Assembly (NCBI GenBank): GCA_043718025.1
Contig: JAYSWN010000172.1
Location: 29,630-93,629, forward strand
Direction: 5' to 3'
Length of the DNA stretch: 64,000 nucleotides
From: Pseudomonadota bacterium
GTDB taxonomy: Bacteria; Bdellovibrionota; FAC87; UBA2466
Part shown: piece after piece, positions 14,237-23,579 of the stretch
How positions within the stretch are numbered: position 1 is the stretch's first letter
Layout of the letters: each line of letters starts with the position of its first letter
Notes under the pieces: generated by a model
Told to the model about the DNA's origin: nothing
The model's input: the letters and a program-made list of their open reading frames with translations, nothing else
The model's database searches: none
Position numbers and translations under genes: made by a program

Positions 14237-14275
14237 GGGGCCTTCCGCAATCCAAACGGAAGGCTCCATTTTTGG
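14237..14275 (+). terminator. Intrinsic terminator-like hairpin inside the 580 nt intergenic leader
   Basis: GGGGCCTTCCG-caatccaaa-CGGAAGGCTCC followed by aTTTTTg. Lies about 190 nt downstream of the sigma-54-like element and about 110 nt upstream of the GT gene. Confidence 0.35.
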
Positions 14276-14382
14276 GCCTCTTCAAAAACCCTTCTCCCCC
14301 TTTAAAGAAACATCGCAAAAAAAAGAATCGCTTTAACCCCCCGCGGCTTTCCTCTTTCAATCCCTACGCTATCGTTTGCAAA

Positions 14383-15597
14383 ATGAAAAAAGACGCCGTT
14401 GTTGCTTACCTAGTAGGTGAATACCGAAAAACCACCCACACTTTCATTCATCGTGAAGTGCGTGAGCTGCGCCGGCAGGGGGTTAAGCTTCATACCTTCA
14501 CCATTCGCGACCGCTGTGATTTTCCGGATCCACTGTACCTGTCCGACGAGCCCCCGACCCGCCAGGTGCTGACCTACAACCCAATCAAAATACTTGCGGC
14601 GCAATTTTTTTGGATTCAGCGTTCGCCGGCAGCCTACCTCCAAGCGATGAAGGCCGCGTGGACTCTACGCGCCCCGGGCGCAAAGTCTTTACTCTACGCT
14701 GGGTTCTATTTTTTAGAGGCGACCGTATTTGCGCGGAGCGCCCTTGAATTGGGAGTAAGTCACTTCCACAATCATTTCGGTGATTCTAGCGGCAACGTGG
14801 TTTTCATAGCTTCACGACTGGCAAAGATTCCGTTCAGCATCACCTTTCACGGCCCAGATATTTTTAACGAAGCCAAGAAATGGCATCTGGGGCTGAAGCA
14901 AAAATTTGCAAAGTTCACCGTCGGCACCAGTTCTTACGCCAAATCGCAGGTGATGCTTTTTTCCGATGAGCTCGAACAGGACAATATGCACGTGATTCGA
15001 GCCGCCATCGACCTAGCTGATTTCATTAATGAGCCTCCCCACGTTCCCACGACCAAGTGGAAGCTACTCTTCATCGCCCGCACCGCTCCGGCCAAGGGGT
15101 GGCGCGTGCTATTAGAAGCGGCAGAGAAGCTAGAGAGAGCGGGAGTGGTAGATTTTTCATTGAGCATTGTCGCGGCCGGACCGCCCCATCACCTAAAAAA
15201 GTTAAAAGAATCAATCGCACGCCGCGGCCTGTCCTCGGTGCATGTTTCAGGCGCTTGCCCGCCGGCGACCATTACCGCGCTCATCGGATCTCACGATATT
15301 TTGCTCTCCACCAGTTTTGCCGAAGGGCTACCGGTAGTATTGATCGAGGCCATGGCAATGGGAAAAGCGGTTGTCGCCACGGCCGTGGGTGGAGTTGGGG
15401 ATTTGGTTCGCCACGACGAAAATGGCATTTTAGTTCCCCCCGCCCGGCCCGATCTCGTGGCTCAGGCGATTACCGAACTTACCCAAGACCCCGAACGGTA
15501 CACGCGAATCTGCAAGGCCGCTCGCCTGGAAATTCAACTTGGCTACCAAGCCGAAAGCGAATTTGGCAGACTCAAGGCACTTTTCAATGATCACTAG
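14383..15597 (+). CDS. Glycosyltransferase family 1 (GT4-type)
   Basis: C-terminal EGLPVVLIEAMAMGKAVVAT..GGVGDLV GT1 motif. ATG 14383 (MKKDAVVAYLVGEY..). The ORF-track start at 14272 is over-extended. Confidence 0.8.
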   Translation: MKKDAVVAYLVGEYRKTTHTFIHREVRELRRQGVKLHTFTIRDRCDFPDPLYLSDEPPTRQVLTYNPIKILAAQFFWIQRSPAAYLQAMKAAWTLRAPGAKSLLYAGFYFLEATVFARSALELGVSHFHNHFGDSSGNVVFIASRLAKIPFSITFHGPDIFNEAKKWHLGLKQKFAKFTVGTSSYAKSQVMLFSDELEQDNMHVIRAAIDLADFINEPPHVPTTKWKLLFIARTAPAKGWRVLLEAAEKLERAGVVDFSLSIVAAGPPHHLKKLKESIARRGLSSVHVSGACPPATITALIGSHDILLSTSFAEGLPVVLIEAMAMGKAVVATAVGGVGDLVRHDENGILVPPARPDLVAQAITELTQDPERYTRICKAARLEIQLGYQAESEFGRLKALFNDH

Positions 15598-17260
15598 CCA
15601 ACGCCGTTACCCCTTTCTGATTTGGCTCGCTGTTTTCTCACTCGCCCCGGCACTCTTTCTCACGCTGTGGTCGCAGCGATCACGCCGCCTATTCAATTTG
15701 CGCGAACCCCAGCTCGACATGTTTCTGTTTCACGACACCAAGGCCGTCTACGTAAATGTATTTCTGATTACAGCAGGTTTTATTCTGTTCGCTTGGCCGC
15801 AGCTTTTTGGGTGGCCAGCAAAAACGTTAAATGCCAATTGGGAAAAGTATCGCGCGCCCGCGATTAAATATTTTCCCGTGTTTTTTTTCATTCTTGCGGC
15901 GGCGTTGGCTTTGCCGGTTTACCAGAATACCGCGTTGACCCTCGATGAGTACGCCGCCTTCTTTCAAGCCGAAGCGTTTAGTCACGGAAGTCTTGGCGGA
16001 AAAATGCCAATTGGCCTCATACCGTGGGCGGTCCCACGCTGGCTAGGTAGCTATTTTTTTACGGTCTCGCCCGAGGGGTTGATCACCGAGACCTATCTGC
16101 CGGGTTACGCCTTGTTGCTGGCCCCTTTTGTAAAATTGAATCTGGGTTGGCTGTTTAACCCGACCTTGGGCGCACTCATTTTGGCGACCTTAGTTTCCTT
16201 GGCGCGAAGACTCTTTGACGATGAAACCGCTTTATGGGTGGCGGTGCTGGCGATATCTTCGCCGGTTTTTTGGGTTAACTCGGTCTCTTTTTATTCTCTA
16301 AACTGCCGTCTGCTTTTCAACTTGTTGTTTCTCTATTTTCTTTGGCCCTCAACCGCAATGACCGGGCGGCGCGCGCTGCTGGCTGGTCTGGCTGGCGGCA
16401 TGGCGGCATTTACCCACAACCCCTATCCCCACGTCGTATTTGCCCTGCCGTGGCTCTTATATTTCTTTTACCGGAAAGAGAGCCGCCGTTTTATCTGGGC
16501 CCTGTGCTTAGGTTACCTACCCTTTGTTCTATTGACGTGCAGCTGGGGGCTGCTCCTGTACCGATCTCAGACGGTATCTACCGGCCCCACCGGCGGCGGC
16601 TTTACCTACGCTTGGGATATGGCCAGCGCCTTGGTACCGCCTCCGTGGAGCGAGCGGACCTTTGTGATGTGGAGCACTTCACTCTGCAAGTTGTTGCTAT
16701 GGAGCACTCCCGGTATTTGGTTTTTCTTTCTTTCAACCAAGTCGATTAAAAGTCCGTTTTTGCGCCTTAGCCTTATCTCCTTTGTGCTCACTTTTTTTGC
16801 GTACGGTTTAGCCAAAAACAGAGTGGCGCAGGGTTTTGGCTGGGGACACCGTTATAGCTACGCGGCGATGGGCGCGGTGTGGTTGGCGGCGGCTTACTGG
16901 CTAGCGCGCCGGGAACAGCGCAGTGCCTTCCGCATCCCCGCCATGGGGATGGCGCTAGGCGGACTGCTGGTGATGACGCCCCTACAACTGATCCAAACGC
17001 ATCGCTTCATTGCCAGCCAAAACAAGAAGTTGCCGTGTCTGGCCAAAGACGTTCGGCAGGTTTGTTTAGTGGTGGCAAAGAGCGACTATTATTTAGGTGA
17101 CCGTTTACAAAACGATCCGTTTTTAAAAAGGCCTCGACTCCTTTTCCACAGTGCCGGGAAAGAGAGCGACGACAAAATGATGCAGGAGTTCTTTCCCAAC
17201 TACGAGTTGAAAAAGAGGGACGACCGGCACGCGATTTGGTTGCCGAAAGAAAAACCGTAA
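15587..17260 (+). CDS. Polytopic membrane protein, GT-C fold glycosyltransferase-like (ArnT/PMT-type)
   Basis: At least 10 predicted TM segments. LTLDEYAAF DE motif in the first extracytoplasmic loop. ATGA overlap with the upstream GT. Confidence 0.5.
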   Translation: MITSQRRYPFLIWLAVFSLAPALFLTLWSQRSRRLFNLREPQLDMFLFHDTKAVYVNVFLITAGFILFAWPQLFGWPAKTLNANWEKYRAPAIKYFPVFFFILAAALALPVYQNTALTLDEYAAFFQAEAFSHGSLGGKMPIGLIPWAVPRWLGSYFFTVSPEGLITETYLPGYALLLAPFVKLNLGWLFNPTLGALILATLVSLARRLFDDETALWVAVLAISSPVFWVNSVSFYSLNCRLLFNLLFLYFLWPSTAMTGRRALLAGLAGGMAAFTHNPYPHVVFALPWLLYFFYRKESRRFIWALCLGYLPFVLLTCSWGLLLYRSQTVSTGPTGGGFTYAWDMASALVPPPWSERTFVMWSTSLCKLLLWSTPGIWFFFLSTKSIKSPFLRLSLISFVLTFFAYGLAKNRVAQGFGWGHRYSYAAMGAVWLAAAYWLARREQRSAFRIPAMGMALGGLLVMTPLQLIQTHRFIASQNKKLPCLAKDVRQVCLVVAKSDYYLGDRLQNDPFLKRPRLLFHSAGKESDDKMMQEFFPNYELKKRDDRHAIWLPKEKP

Positions 17261-17319
17261 CCGGGTGATGCAGAAAGGCTAGACCAAGAGCCTGCGCCCC
17301 CCTAAAATCAGGCCAACGA

Positions 17320-17994
17320 ATGCGCTACGAAAAAAGAATATTTGATCTCTTTTTCGCATCGGCACTGCTCTTAGCGGCTTTGCCCCTATTCTTGGTAATC
17401 GCGGCCCTGATCTACAGCACCAAGACTGGCCCCATCTTCTTTCGCCGACGGCGCTACGGCTTAAACGGCGCCACATTTGAGATTCTAAAATTTCGCACCC
17501 TATCTTCCTCAAAGGGTAAACCGGTAGCAATGGCCGACTTTCTGCGTCGCACTTGCTTAGATGAACTGCCGCAGCTTATCAATGTGCTTAAAGGTGAAAT
17601 GAGTTTGGTAGGCCCGCGTCCGCTCGACGTCGAAGAGAGTGACGCGTTAGCGCTGATCTATCCGCGCCATCACCGTCGCCACACCGTACCTCCGGGACTG
17701 ACGGGCAGCGGCCAGATTGAGGGAATGCGCGGCCTTTTGGACAGGACCCAAATCGAAAGACGGCTTCGCCTCGACATTGCCTATACCGAACGAAATTCGT
17801 TTCGCGGCGACCTTATGATTTTATGGTTAACTCCCTTTTCGATTTTGTGCGGGCCGAAAGCAGCTCCAAAACAAACGCCGCTAAAAACCCCCCATTCGCC
17901 AGGTAGCGCGGACCAAGCCGCTTTGGCTCTTGCCACATTCGATAGGCCCATTCCAAACCCAAGTTGCCTAACCAGCGCGGAGATCGGCGCTTAA
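17320..17994 (+). CDS. Bacterial sugar transferase (polyprenyl-phosphate hexose-1-phosphate transferase, WbaP/WcaJ C-terminal-domain type)
   Basis: IFDLFFASALLLAALPLF..GPIFFRRRRYG..FEILKFRTL..DELPQLINVLKGEMSLVGPRP. The C-terminal tail after DLMILWLTPFSIL is low-complexity and overlaps the convergent WecG gene. Confidence 0.8.
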   Translation: MRYEKRIFDLFFASALLLAALPLFLVIAALIYSTKTGPIFFRRRRYGLNGATFEILKFRTLSSSKGKPVAMADFLRRTCLDELPQLINVLKGEMSLVGPRPLDVEESDALALIYPRHHRRHTVPPGLTGSGQIEGMRGLLDRTQIERRLRLDIAYTERNSFRGDLMILWLTPFSILCGPKAAPKQTPLKTPHSPGSADQAALALATFDRPIPNPSCLTSAEIGA

Positions 17995-18592
17995 TTCCCG
18001 AGATGAGATCTAACGCATTTCCCACCTGAAAGATCACTCCCGCTTCAATTTTGGCCAAATGCTCATGAATCCAAAGTTCACCCTGCGGTTGCCCAAGCGC
18101 CAGAATCAAATAATTTGGTTTTGCTTTTGCGATCGCATTCAATACCCGGTTCGTTTCGCGATCGGTGATCGGTTTTCCAACGTGTTCGGTGCCCGCCACG
18201 ATGAAGTCAGGGTGTTTTTCCTTCAACCGCCGAATCGCCAGTTGGGTCGCCTCCTCCCGTCGCCCCACGAAAAAGAAGGTATGTCCTTGCAGGGCGCCAA
18301 CGCCGCACAGCTTTTCTAACAACTCAGAACCCGGGATCCGTTCCAAGAGCTTATGCTCGGCCCAGCGTGAGGCCAAAACGATTGGCATGCCGTCGGCTAC
18401 GGTAAGCGCGCTCTGCCGATTACAATCCTGGAGCCGAGGGTCGCGACCAGCAAGCTCGGCAAAGTTAAGATTGCCCGAGACAATCACCGACTTTTCCATT
18501 CTTCGCGCCAGGTTGGATGCGTGCGCCACCGCTTCGCTCATGCCCACGGTGTCGATCCAGATTCCCAGTAATTTCTGGCGATGAAACGTCAT
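17813..18592 (-). CDS. WecB/TagA/CpsF family glycosyltransferase
   Basis: LGIWIDTV..VSGNLNFA..DGMPIVLASR..KPNYLILALGQPQGELWIHEH. Start chosen at the internal ATG 18592. The ORF track extends to 18667. Confidence 0.75.
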   Translation of the reverse strand: MTFHRQKLLGIWIDTVGMSEAVAHASNLARRMEKSVIVSGNLNFAELAGRDPRLQDCNRQSALTVADGMPIVLASRWAEHKLLERIPGSELLEKLCGVGALQGHTFFFVGRREEATQLAIRRLKEKHPDFIVAGTEHVGKPITDRETNRVLNAIAKAKPNYLILALGQPQGELWIHEHLAKIEAGVIFQVGNALDLISGIKRRSPRWLGNLGLEWAYRMWQEPKRLGPRYLANGGFLAAFVLELLSARTKSKRELTIKS

Positions 18593-18687
18593 GATTCGGT
18601 AATTAAAGCGCGAACCGCACCAATGCGCAAACCGCAGGAAGTGCCGAGTCATGAGCTTTGGTTTCAATCCTGTTACCGTTTAGCGAA

Positions 18688-19881
18688 ATGCTGAACGCGG
18701 CGCTGCTCATTCTATGTTCCCTATTCCTGCTGGTGTTGCTTGCGTATCTCCTCTTGGCGCTCACTGAATTGGCCCTGAGCTTCTGGCCCAAGCCTGGTAA
18801 AGAAAATTATTCCACCGGAGTTTACGACGCCGTCCTATTTCTACCGGCCCACAACGAAGCCACCACGATTGCTGCGTCGCTCACTAGACTGCTTCGGCAA
18901 CTGCCGCCATCGTTTACGCTGGTGGTACTGGCCGACAACTGTATAGATGACACGGCCGCGGTGGCCCGAAATTTTGCCGGCGTTACCGTTTGGGAGAGGA
19001 ATTGCCAAGACCGTAAAGGAAAAGGGCATGCCTTGCGCCACGGTTTTCGCCGTTTGCGCCAAGAAGGCATTCAGGCCGAAGCGGTTCTGGTCTTCGATGT
19101 CGATACCTACGCCAGCGCCGCAACCCTGCTAGTCCTTGCCGCCGCCGCAGTGGAAACTCAGCGACCAGTTCAAGCCGCGCACCTCTATGCGGAGGCAAGC
19201 CAACGGGAGAATGCTCTTTCCACGATGGGAAGTTGGTGGAGCACGTTTGTGCGCGAACAAGGCCGTAGCCGTCTGTCACTTCCGCATTTTATGCACGGCA
19301 CGGGCATGGCGATCCCCTTTTCTCTGCTCCCCTTTTTCGACGAACTCGATGGGTCGCCCGTTGAAGACAAACGGCTCACGGCAAATTTCGTGATCTCCCA
19401 ACATCGACCTCTCTTTCTACCGAATTACCCAGTCGCATTTTATGAAAATGAGAGTGAGGGAGACTGGCGGCGGCGACGTCAGCGCTGGGAATTTGGTCAC
19501 CTGGCCGAAATAAAAACCACCACTCCCCGGATTTTACTGGCGGCCGTCGAACAGAATCGATTTTCTCTTTTTTTCTTTGCCCTGGATTTCTCATTGCCGC
19601 CGCTTTCGCTGCTGTTTGCCTTGGGTTCCGGCCTTGCCGCAATCGGTTTTCTAATCAAATTTCCCGCGCCCTTTCTGCTGCTTAGCGGGATATGGAGCGG
19701 CTCGACCGTTCTGTTTATTGTACTGGGGGGCACTCGCGTTTGGTTTTCGCCGTGGCGAGCGCAATTTGGTCGTTGCGTTCACGACTTGCCGCGCTGGTGG
19801 GTTGGTAAGGCGAAAAACTACTCTCTTTTATTGACCCGGCGTTGGCAAAAACGATCAGTGCCGGGTTTGTGGCTAAAATAG
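18688..19881 (+). CDS. Membrane-anchored glycosyltransferase family 2
   Basis: LFLPAHNEATTIAASLTRLL..LVVLADNCIDDTA (DxD-type) with C-terminal TM segments. Confidence 0.7.
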   Translation: MLNAALLILCSLFLLVLLAYLLLALTELALSFWPKPGKENYSTGVYDAVLFLPAHNEATTIAASLTRLLRQLPPSFTLVVLADNCIDDTAAVARNFAGVTVWERNCQDRKGKGHALRHGFRRLRQEGIQAEAVLVFDVDTYASAATLLVLAAAAVETQRPVQAAHLYAEASQRENALSTMGSWWSTFVREQGRSRLSLPHFMHGTGMAIPFSLLPFFDELDGSPVEDKRLTANFVISQHRPLFLPNYPVAFYENESEGDWRRRRQRWEFGHLAEIKTTTPRILLAAVEQNRFSLFFFALDFSLPPLSLLFALGSGLAAIGFLIKFPAPFLLLSGIWSGSTVLFIVLGGTRVWFSPWRAQFGRCVHDLPRWWVGKAKNYSLLLTRRWQKRSVPGLWLK

Positions 19882-19911
19882 TTTGGTCCACAGCGGTTTT
19901 CTTAACGCCGA

Positions 19912-21636
19912 ATGATTGATAGAGTGCCGAGAAGCTCAATGAATAAATCTGCGTCCCTCATTTTTATTTCGGTGCTGGTACTTCAGTCTATTCTGATCGC
20001 CCTTTTCCACTTCTATTTTCATGAACCTTGGCGCGATGAAGTGCAGCATTTTTTAATTGCTACCTCGACCAAAGGATTAGGCGGCCTATTTTCGGCGCTT
20101 CGCTACGAGGGTCACCCCCCATTTTTGCATCTGCTCTATCGCGGGCTAGATCATTTTGTTGAGCCTCGCGTGGCGTTGGCCCTGGTCTCAGGCATCGGTT
20201 ACTTCACGCTCTCCACCTCCGTTTTTGCGCTCCTGAGCACGGCTTCGACTGCGCCTTGGCTGGTGGTGTTGGCTTCATGGCTTCTCAGCCTATCTTACGT
20301 GTCGGTTTACGAATTCGGCGTGATTGCGCGCGGCTACGGCCTGGGCATGGGAATGGCAATCGCTGGACTGGTCTGTTTTATCCGCCTGCTCAAGTCGCCG
20401 GGTGACGCGAATTCGGGGGGCCGGCGATGCACTTTCGCCCTTGGTCTGGCCTTTTTCTGCGCCGCCATTTTAACTTCCGTACATTCCGCAATTTTAAGTG
20501 CCTGCTTTTTGGTGCCCTTCTTTTTGAACTGGTTCATCGAAAAAAAATGGCGCGCCCTAGTGCTCACCCTGGCAGCCCTGGCGCTACCGTTGGTGATTCT
20601 TTTTTCCCTGCTCAGGGATCACACCGACCGCATGCCTTCGCCCATGGCCGCCACGCCCCAGGATTTGGCCAGCAAACTTCTCTGGGTCGGTGAGCAAGTT
20701 CAAATGGGGCGGTACGCCGCCGAAATGATGAGTCGTCTTTACCAGCTTTTTTACGAATTCAGTTTTCCCACTCACTGGTGGAATTTTGCCTACTCCGAGG
20801 TGCCGCGTTGGTTTGGCCACAAAATGTTTTGGACGCTGCTCAGCCTCACTCTGATCAGCTTTTTTTTCCAGAAAGGAAAAGGGCGGCACCGCCTTCTCAT
20901 TGTCATCTCGTTGATTTTCGGAGCCCTGGTTTTCGATTTCTTTTTTACTTTCTTGTACCCAGCCTCCTTCCGACACCGGGTTTTTTTTACCTTTCCCGTA
21001 TTTTTACTGATCGCGCGCCATTGGCTTGAGTATTGGAGCCCGAATCTCCGCCAGGAACTGAAAGCCCAGCTCCCTCGGGTGCGACTGCGCAGCGGCACGA
21101 CGCTCTTTGCCTTCCTTCTTTTGACCGGCCTTTCCCTATCGCAAATTGCCGCCAGCGCGCTGGCCCTGGGAGCAGACTATTTTTGGTATTTTTCGCAAAC
21201 GGCAATGGCCCCCGCTTTCATTCCCAATTCGCCGAACGTAATGGTGGCGGTCGATTCTGATTTCACCGCTACGGCGATCGCGCTGTGGAACCCAAAGGTA
21301 AAACTCTATTCCCGAACGGGCGGCGGCCGCCCCTTCACTTACGCCAAATGGGATCGAGCCCGTGGCGAGAGAAAATTGAGGCGTAAAGTTCTGTTGGGCC
21401 GACTTTGCGATGAAGTAAATGAGCATCCGGAACGATCCCTTTACTACTTAAGTGTCCACCCATCGCAAGACGCTGAATACCCGTTCAAAGAAATTTTTGC
21501 CTCGTCGCCGTTGGTACCCACCGCGGTCCTGGATGAGCGCTTTCGCTTCTATTCAGTTGATTGCAAAACGCAGACACGCGAGGAACTCCAACACCATGCC
21601 GGCGGCTTTTATCAAAGGGGCACCGCCGCAAACTAA
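19912..21636 (+). CDS. Second polytopic GT-C-like membrane glycosyltransferase
   Basis: Many TM helices. WRDEVQH DE motif in the first loop. Same architecture as 15587..17260. Confidence 0.45.
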   Translation: MIDRVPRSSMNKSASLIFISVLVLQSILIALFHFYFHEPWRDEVQHFLIATSTKGLGGLFSALRYEGHPPFLHLLYRGLDHFVEPRVALALVSGIGYFTLSTSVFALLSTASTAPWLVVLASWLLSLSYVSVYEFGVIARGYGLGMGMAIAGLVCFIRLLKSPGDANSGGRRCTFALGLAFFCAAILTSVHSAILSACFLVPFFLNWFIEKKWRALVLTLAALALPLVILFSLLRDHTDRMPSPMAATPQDLASKLLWVGEQVQMGRYAAEMMSRLYQLFYEFSFPTHWWNFAYSEVPRWFGHKMFWTLLSLTLISFFFQKGKGRHRLLIVISLIFGALVFDFFFTFLYPASFRHRVFFTFPVFLLIARHWLEYWSPNLRQELKAQLPRVRLRSGTTLFAFLLLTGLSLSQIAASALALGADYFWYFSQTAMAPAFIPNSPNVMVAVDSDFTATAIALWNPKVKLYSRTGGGRPFTYAKWDRARGERKLRRKVLLGRLCDEVNEHPERSLYYLSVHPSQDAEYPFKEIFASSPLVPTAVLDERFRFYSVDCKTQTREELQHHAGGFYQRGTAAN

Positions 21637-21642
21637 ATTCGG

Positions 21643-22263
21643 TTGCCGGTCGAAACCCGGCCCCCTAGGGTGAAGCCGATGAGGAGCGCCGAACAGATTC
21701 GATTTTTAGAGGGGGAATACAGTCGGCTTTGGCAAGACTATGGACTGGACGCAATTTCAGCGCCACCTGCCGTAGACCAGGCCGTGCCTTCACCCCTTAT
21801 TGAACCCCGGCCCACTCCCGAAGGCCCCTCCCCCTTTCTGGTGTGCGTTGAAACGCCACCAGAACCGAGCGTGGGCTTTGTGGTGCAGCTTTCTTTGGAA
21901 TACCCTCGGTTAAAGAAAGACGAAGAGGCGCTGTGGGAGCGAATGCTTCAAGCCCTCTCCCTAAATCGGGATGCCGTCGCACTCATTAAAATTCTTGCCC
22001 TACCTGGCCAACCACAGACTGCCGCGACGAATCATTTCTTATGGGCGTTGCCCCCGTCGCTGCGCTGGATCATATTTTTCGGCAACCTACCTTTTCAAAC
22101 CGTGACCCATGGGGCGGGAACGCAGGGGATCTGGGCGCCGCTGCCTGACTCGGCGGCCGGTCAATGGCTGCTTACTCACGACCTGGCGAAACTAACGCGT
22201 GACCCCAATTCGAAAAAAGAGACATGGAATCATTTGAAGGATCTCCCGCAGCGTCTAAAATAG
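21643..22263 (+). CDS. Hypothetical protein
   Basis: ORF with a TTG start, or ATG at 21679. Pro-rich N-terminus. No recognisable domain. Confidence 0.4.
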   Translation: MPVETRPPRVKPMRSAEQIRFLEGEYSRLWQDYGLDAISAPPAVDQAVPSPLIEPRPTPEGPSPFLVCVETPPEPSVGFVVQLSLEYPRLKKDEEALWERMLQALSLNRDAVALIKILALPGQPQTAATNHFLWALPPSLRWIIFFGNLPFQTVTHGAGTQGIWAPLPDSAAGQWLLTHDLAKLTRDPNSKKETWNHLKDLPQRLK

Positions 22264-22273
22264 AGGCGCCGCT

Positions 22274-23560
22274 ATGAAAAAAATAATCGCCTTCAGCTTC
22301 GTCGTTTGCTCCCAACTCTTAATGGCCGGCCCGATTTCGGTGGCCCGAGTCAACTCCAGCATCAATCCTGGGACGGCCGATTACCTGATCACCGCCATCG
22401 AAAAGGCGGAGGCAAAGGGCTCGCCCTTTCTCTTGATCGAAATCGATACCCCCGGAGGGCTGCTCTCAAGCACCCGTACGATCGTGCAAAAAATTTTGAA
22501 CAGTAAAATTCCTGTGGTGGTTTACGTCACCCCAAAAGGCGGCCACGCCACTTCTGCCGGTGCCATCATTGCTCTGGCTGCGGAGGTAACGGCCATGTCG
22601 CCCGGCACCCACATCGGGGCGGCTCATCCGGTTACCGGATCGGGAGAAAAATTAGATGACTCCGTACGAACTAAAATGGTGAACGACACGGTCGCTTTTA
22701 CCGAAAGTTTGGCGCGCGCCACCGGACGCAATCCTGATTGGGCCGCAAAGATCGTAAGAGAAAGCCTGGCGATTACGGCTGAGGATGCCCTTAAAAGCGC
22801 GGCCATTGAGATCATCGCAGATAGCCGCGGCGACTTAATTTCGAAGCTCGTGCAGTGGAAATGGAAGAAAACGAATGCCGCTCAAGTTGAAATGAAAAAA
22901 GGGACGGCCGAGATTGAAATCATTGCCCCAAGCTTGAAACAAGATTTGGTCTCTTTTTTTTCCGATCCCACTCTCGCCTACTTAGTTTTGTCGTTGGCCG
23001 GGCTCTGTTTGTGGATCGAACTCACTCATCCGGGCCTAATCTTACCTGGGGTGATTGCGGTTTTCTGTGGGCTGTTAAGTCTAATTTCATTTCAGCTTCT
23101 ACCCATCAGCTACGGGGCCGTGGGGCTAATGGTGCTGGGCATGGCGATGCTTTTCGCTGAACTTTTTCTACCCACGTTCGGCTTGCTTGGGATAGCGGGG
23201 GTAGCTTGCTTTATTTTTGGTTCGCTGTTTCTGGTCGACACCCAGACGGGCGCACTCGGGGTGCCACTATCGCTAGTGCTGACCACCGCTACCTGTCTTA
23301 GCGCAGCGGCGCTGGGCTTAGGCATGCTGGTATGGAGATCCCGGGGCGTAAAAAAATTGTCGGCCGACGACGCCATGGTTGGCGAAATTGGCGAGGTGGC
23401 TGACCGGGTCGATCACCAGCACGGCATGGTATTGGTCCGCGGCGAGCTCTGGAAAGCGCGCGGCTTTGGCGGAGCCGCGTTCGAAAAAGGGGCCCTTGTG
23501 GAAGTGGTTGCCATAAAAGATTTAACCATTACGGTGCGATCTCAAACGGTGACCTCGTAA
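22274..23560 (+). CDS. NfeD-like membrane-bound serine protease (ClpP class), stomatin operon partner
   Basis: N-terminal ClpP-like region GGLLSSTRTIVQKI..GGHATSAGAIIALAA, then TM segments and a C-terminal OB-like region. Immediately upstream of the SPFH gene. Confidence 0.8.
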   Translation: MKKIIAFSFVVCSQLLMAGPISVARVNSSINPGTADYLITAIEKAEAKGSPFLLIEIDTPGGLLSSTRTIVQKILNSKIPVVVYVTPKGGHATSAGAIIALAAEVTAMSPGTHIGAAHPVTGSGEKLDDSVRTKMVNDTVAFTESLARATGRNPDWAAKIVRESLAITAEDALKSAAIEIIADSRGDLISKLVQWKWKKTNAAQVEMKKGTAEIEIIAPSLKQDLVSFFSDPTLAYLVLSLAGLCLWIELTHPGLILPGVIAVFCGLLSLISFQLLPISYGAVGLMVLGMAMLFAELFLPTFGLLGIAGVACFIFGSLFLVDTQTGALGVPLSLVLTTATCLSAAALGLGMLVWRSRGVKKLSADDAMVGEIGEVADRVDHQHGMVLVRGELWKARGFGGAAFEKGALVEVVAIKDLTITVRSQTVTS

Positions 23561-23579
23561 TTTGAAAATGGAGCCTTAA

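Noticed and set aside
14048-14360. Minus-strand ORFs of 73 and 62 aa inside the 580 nt leader
   Set aside because: No RBS, odd composition, and they overlap the promoter and terminator-like elements. Treated as non-coding.
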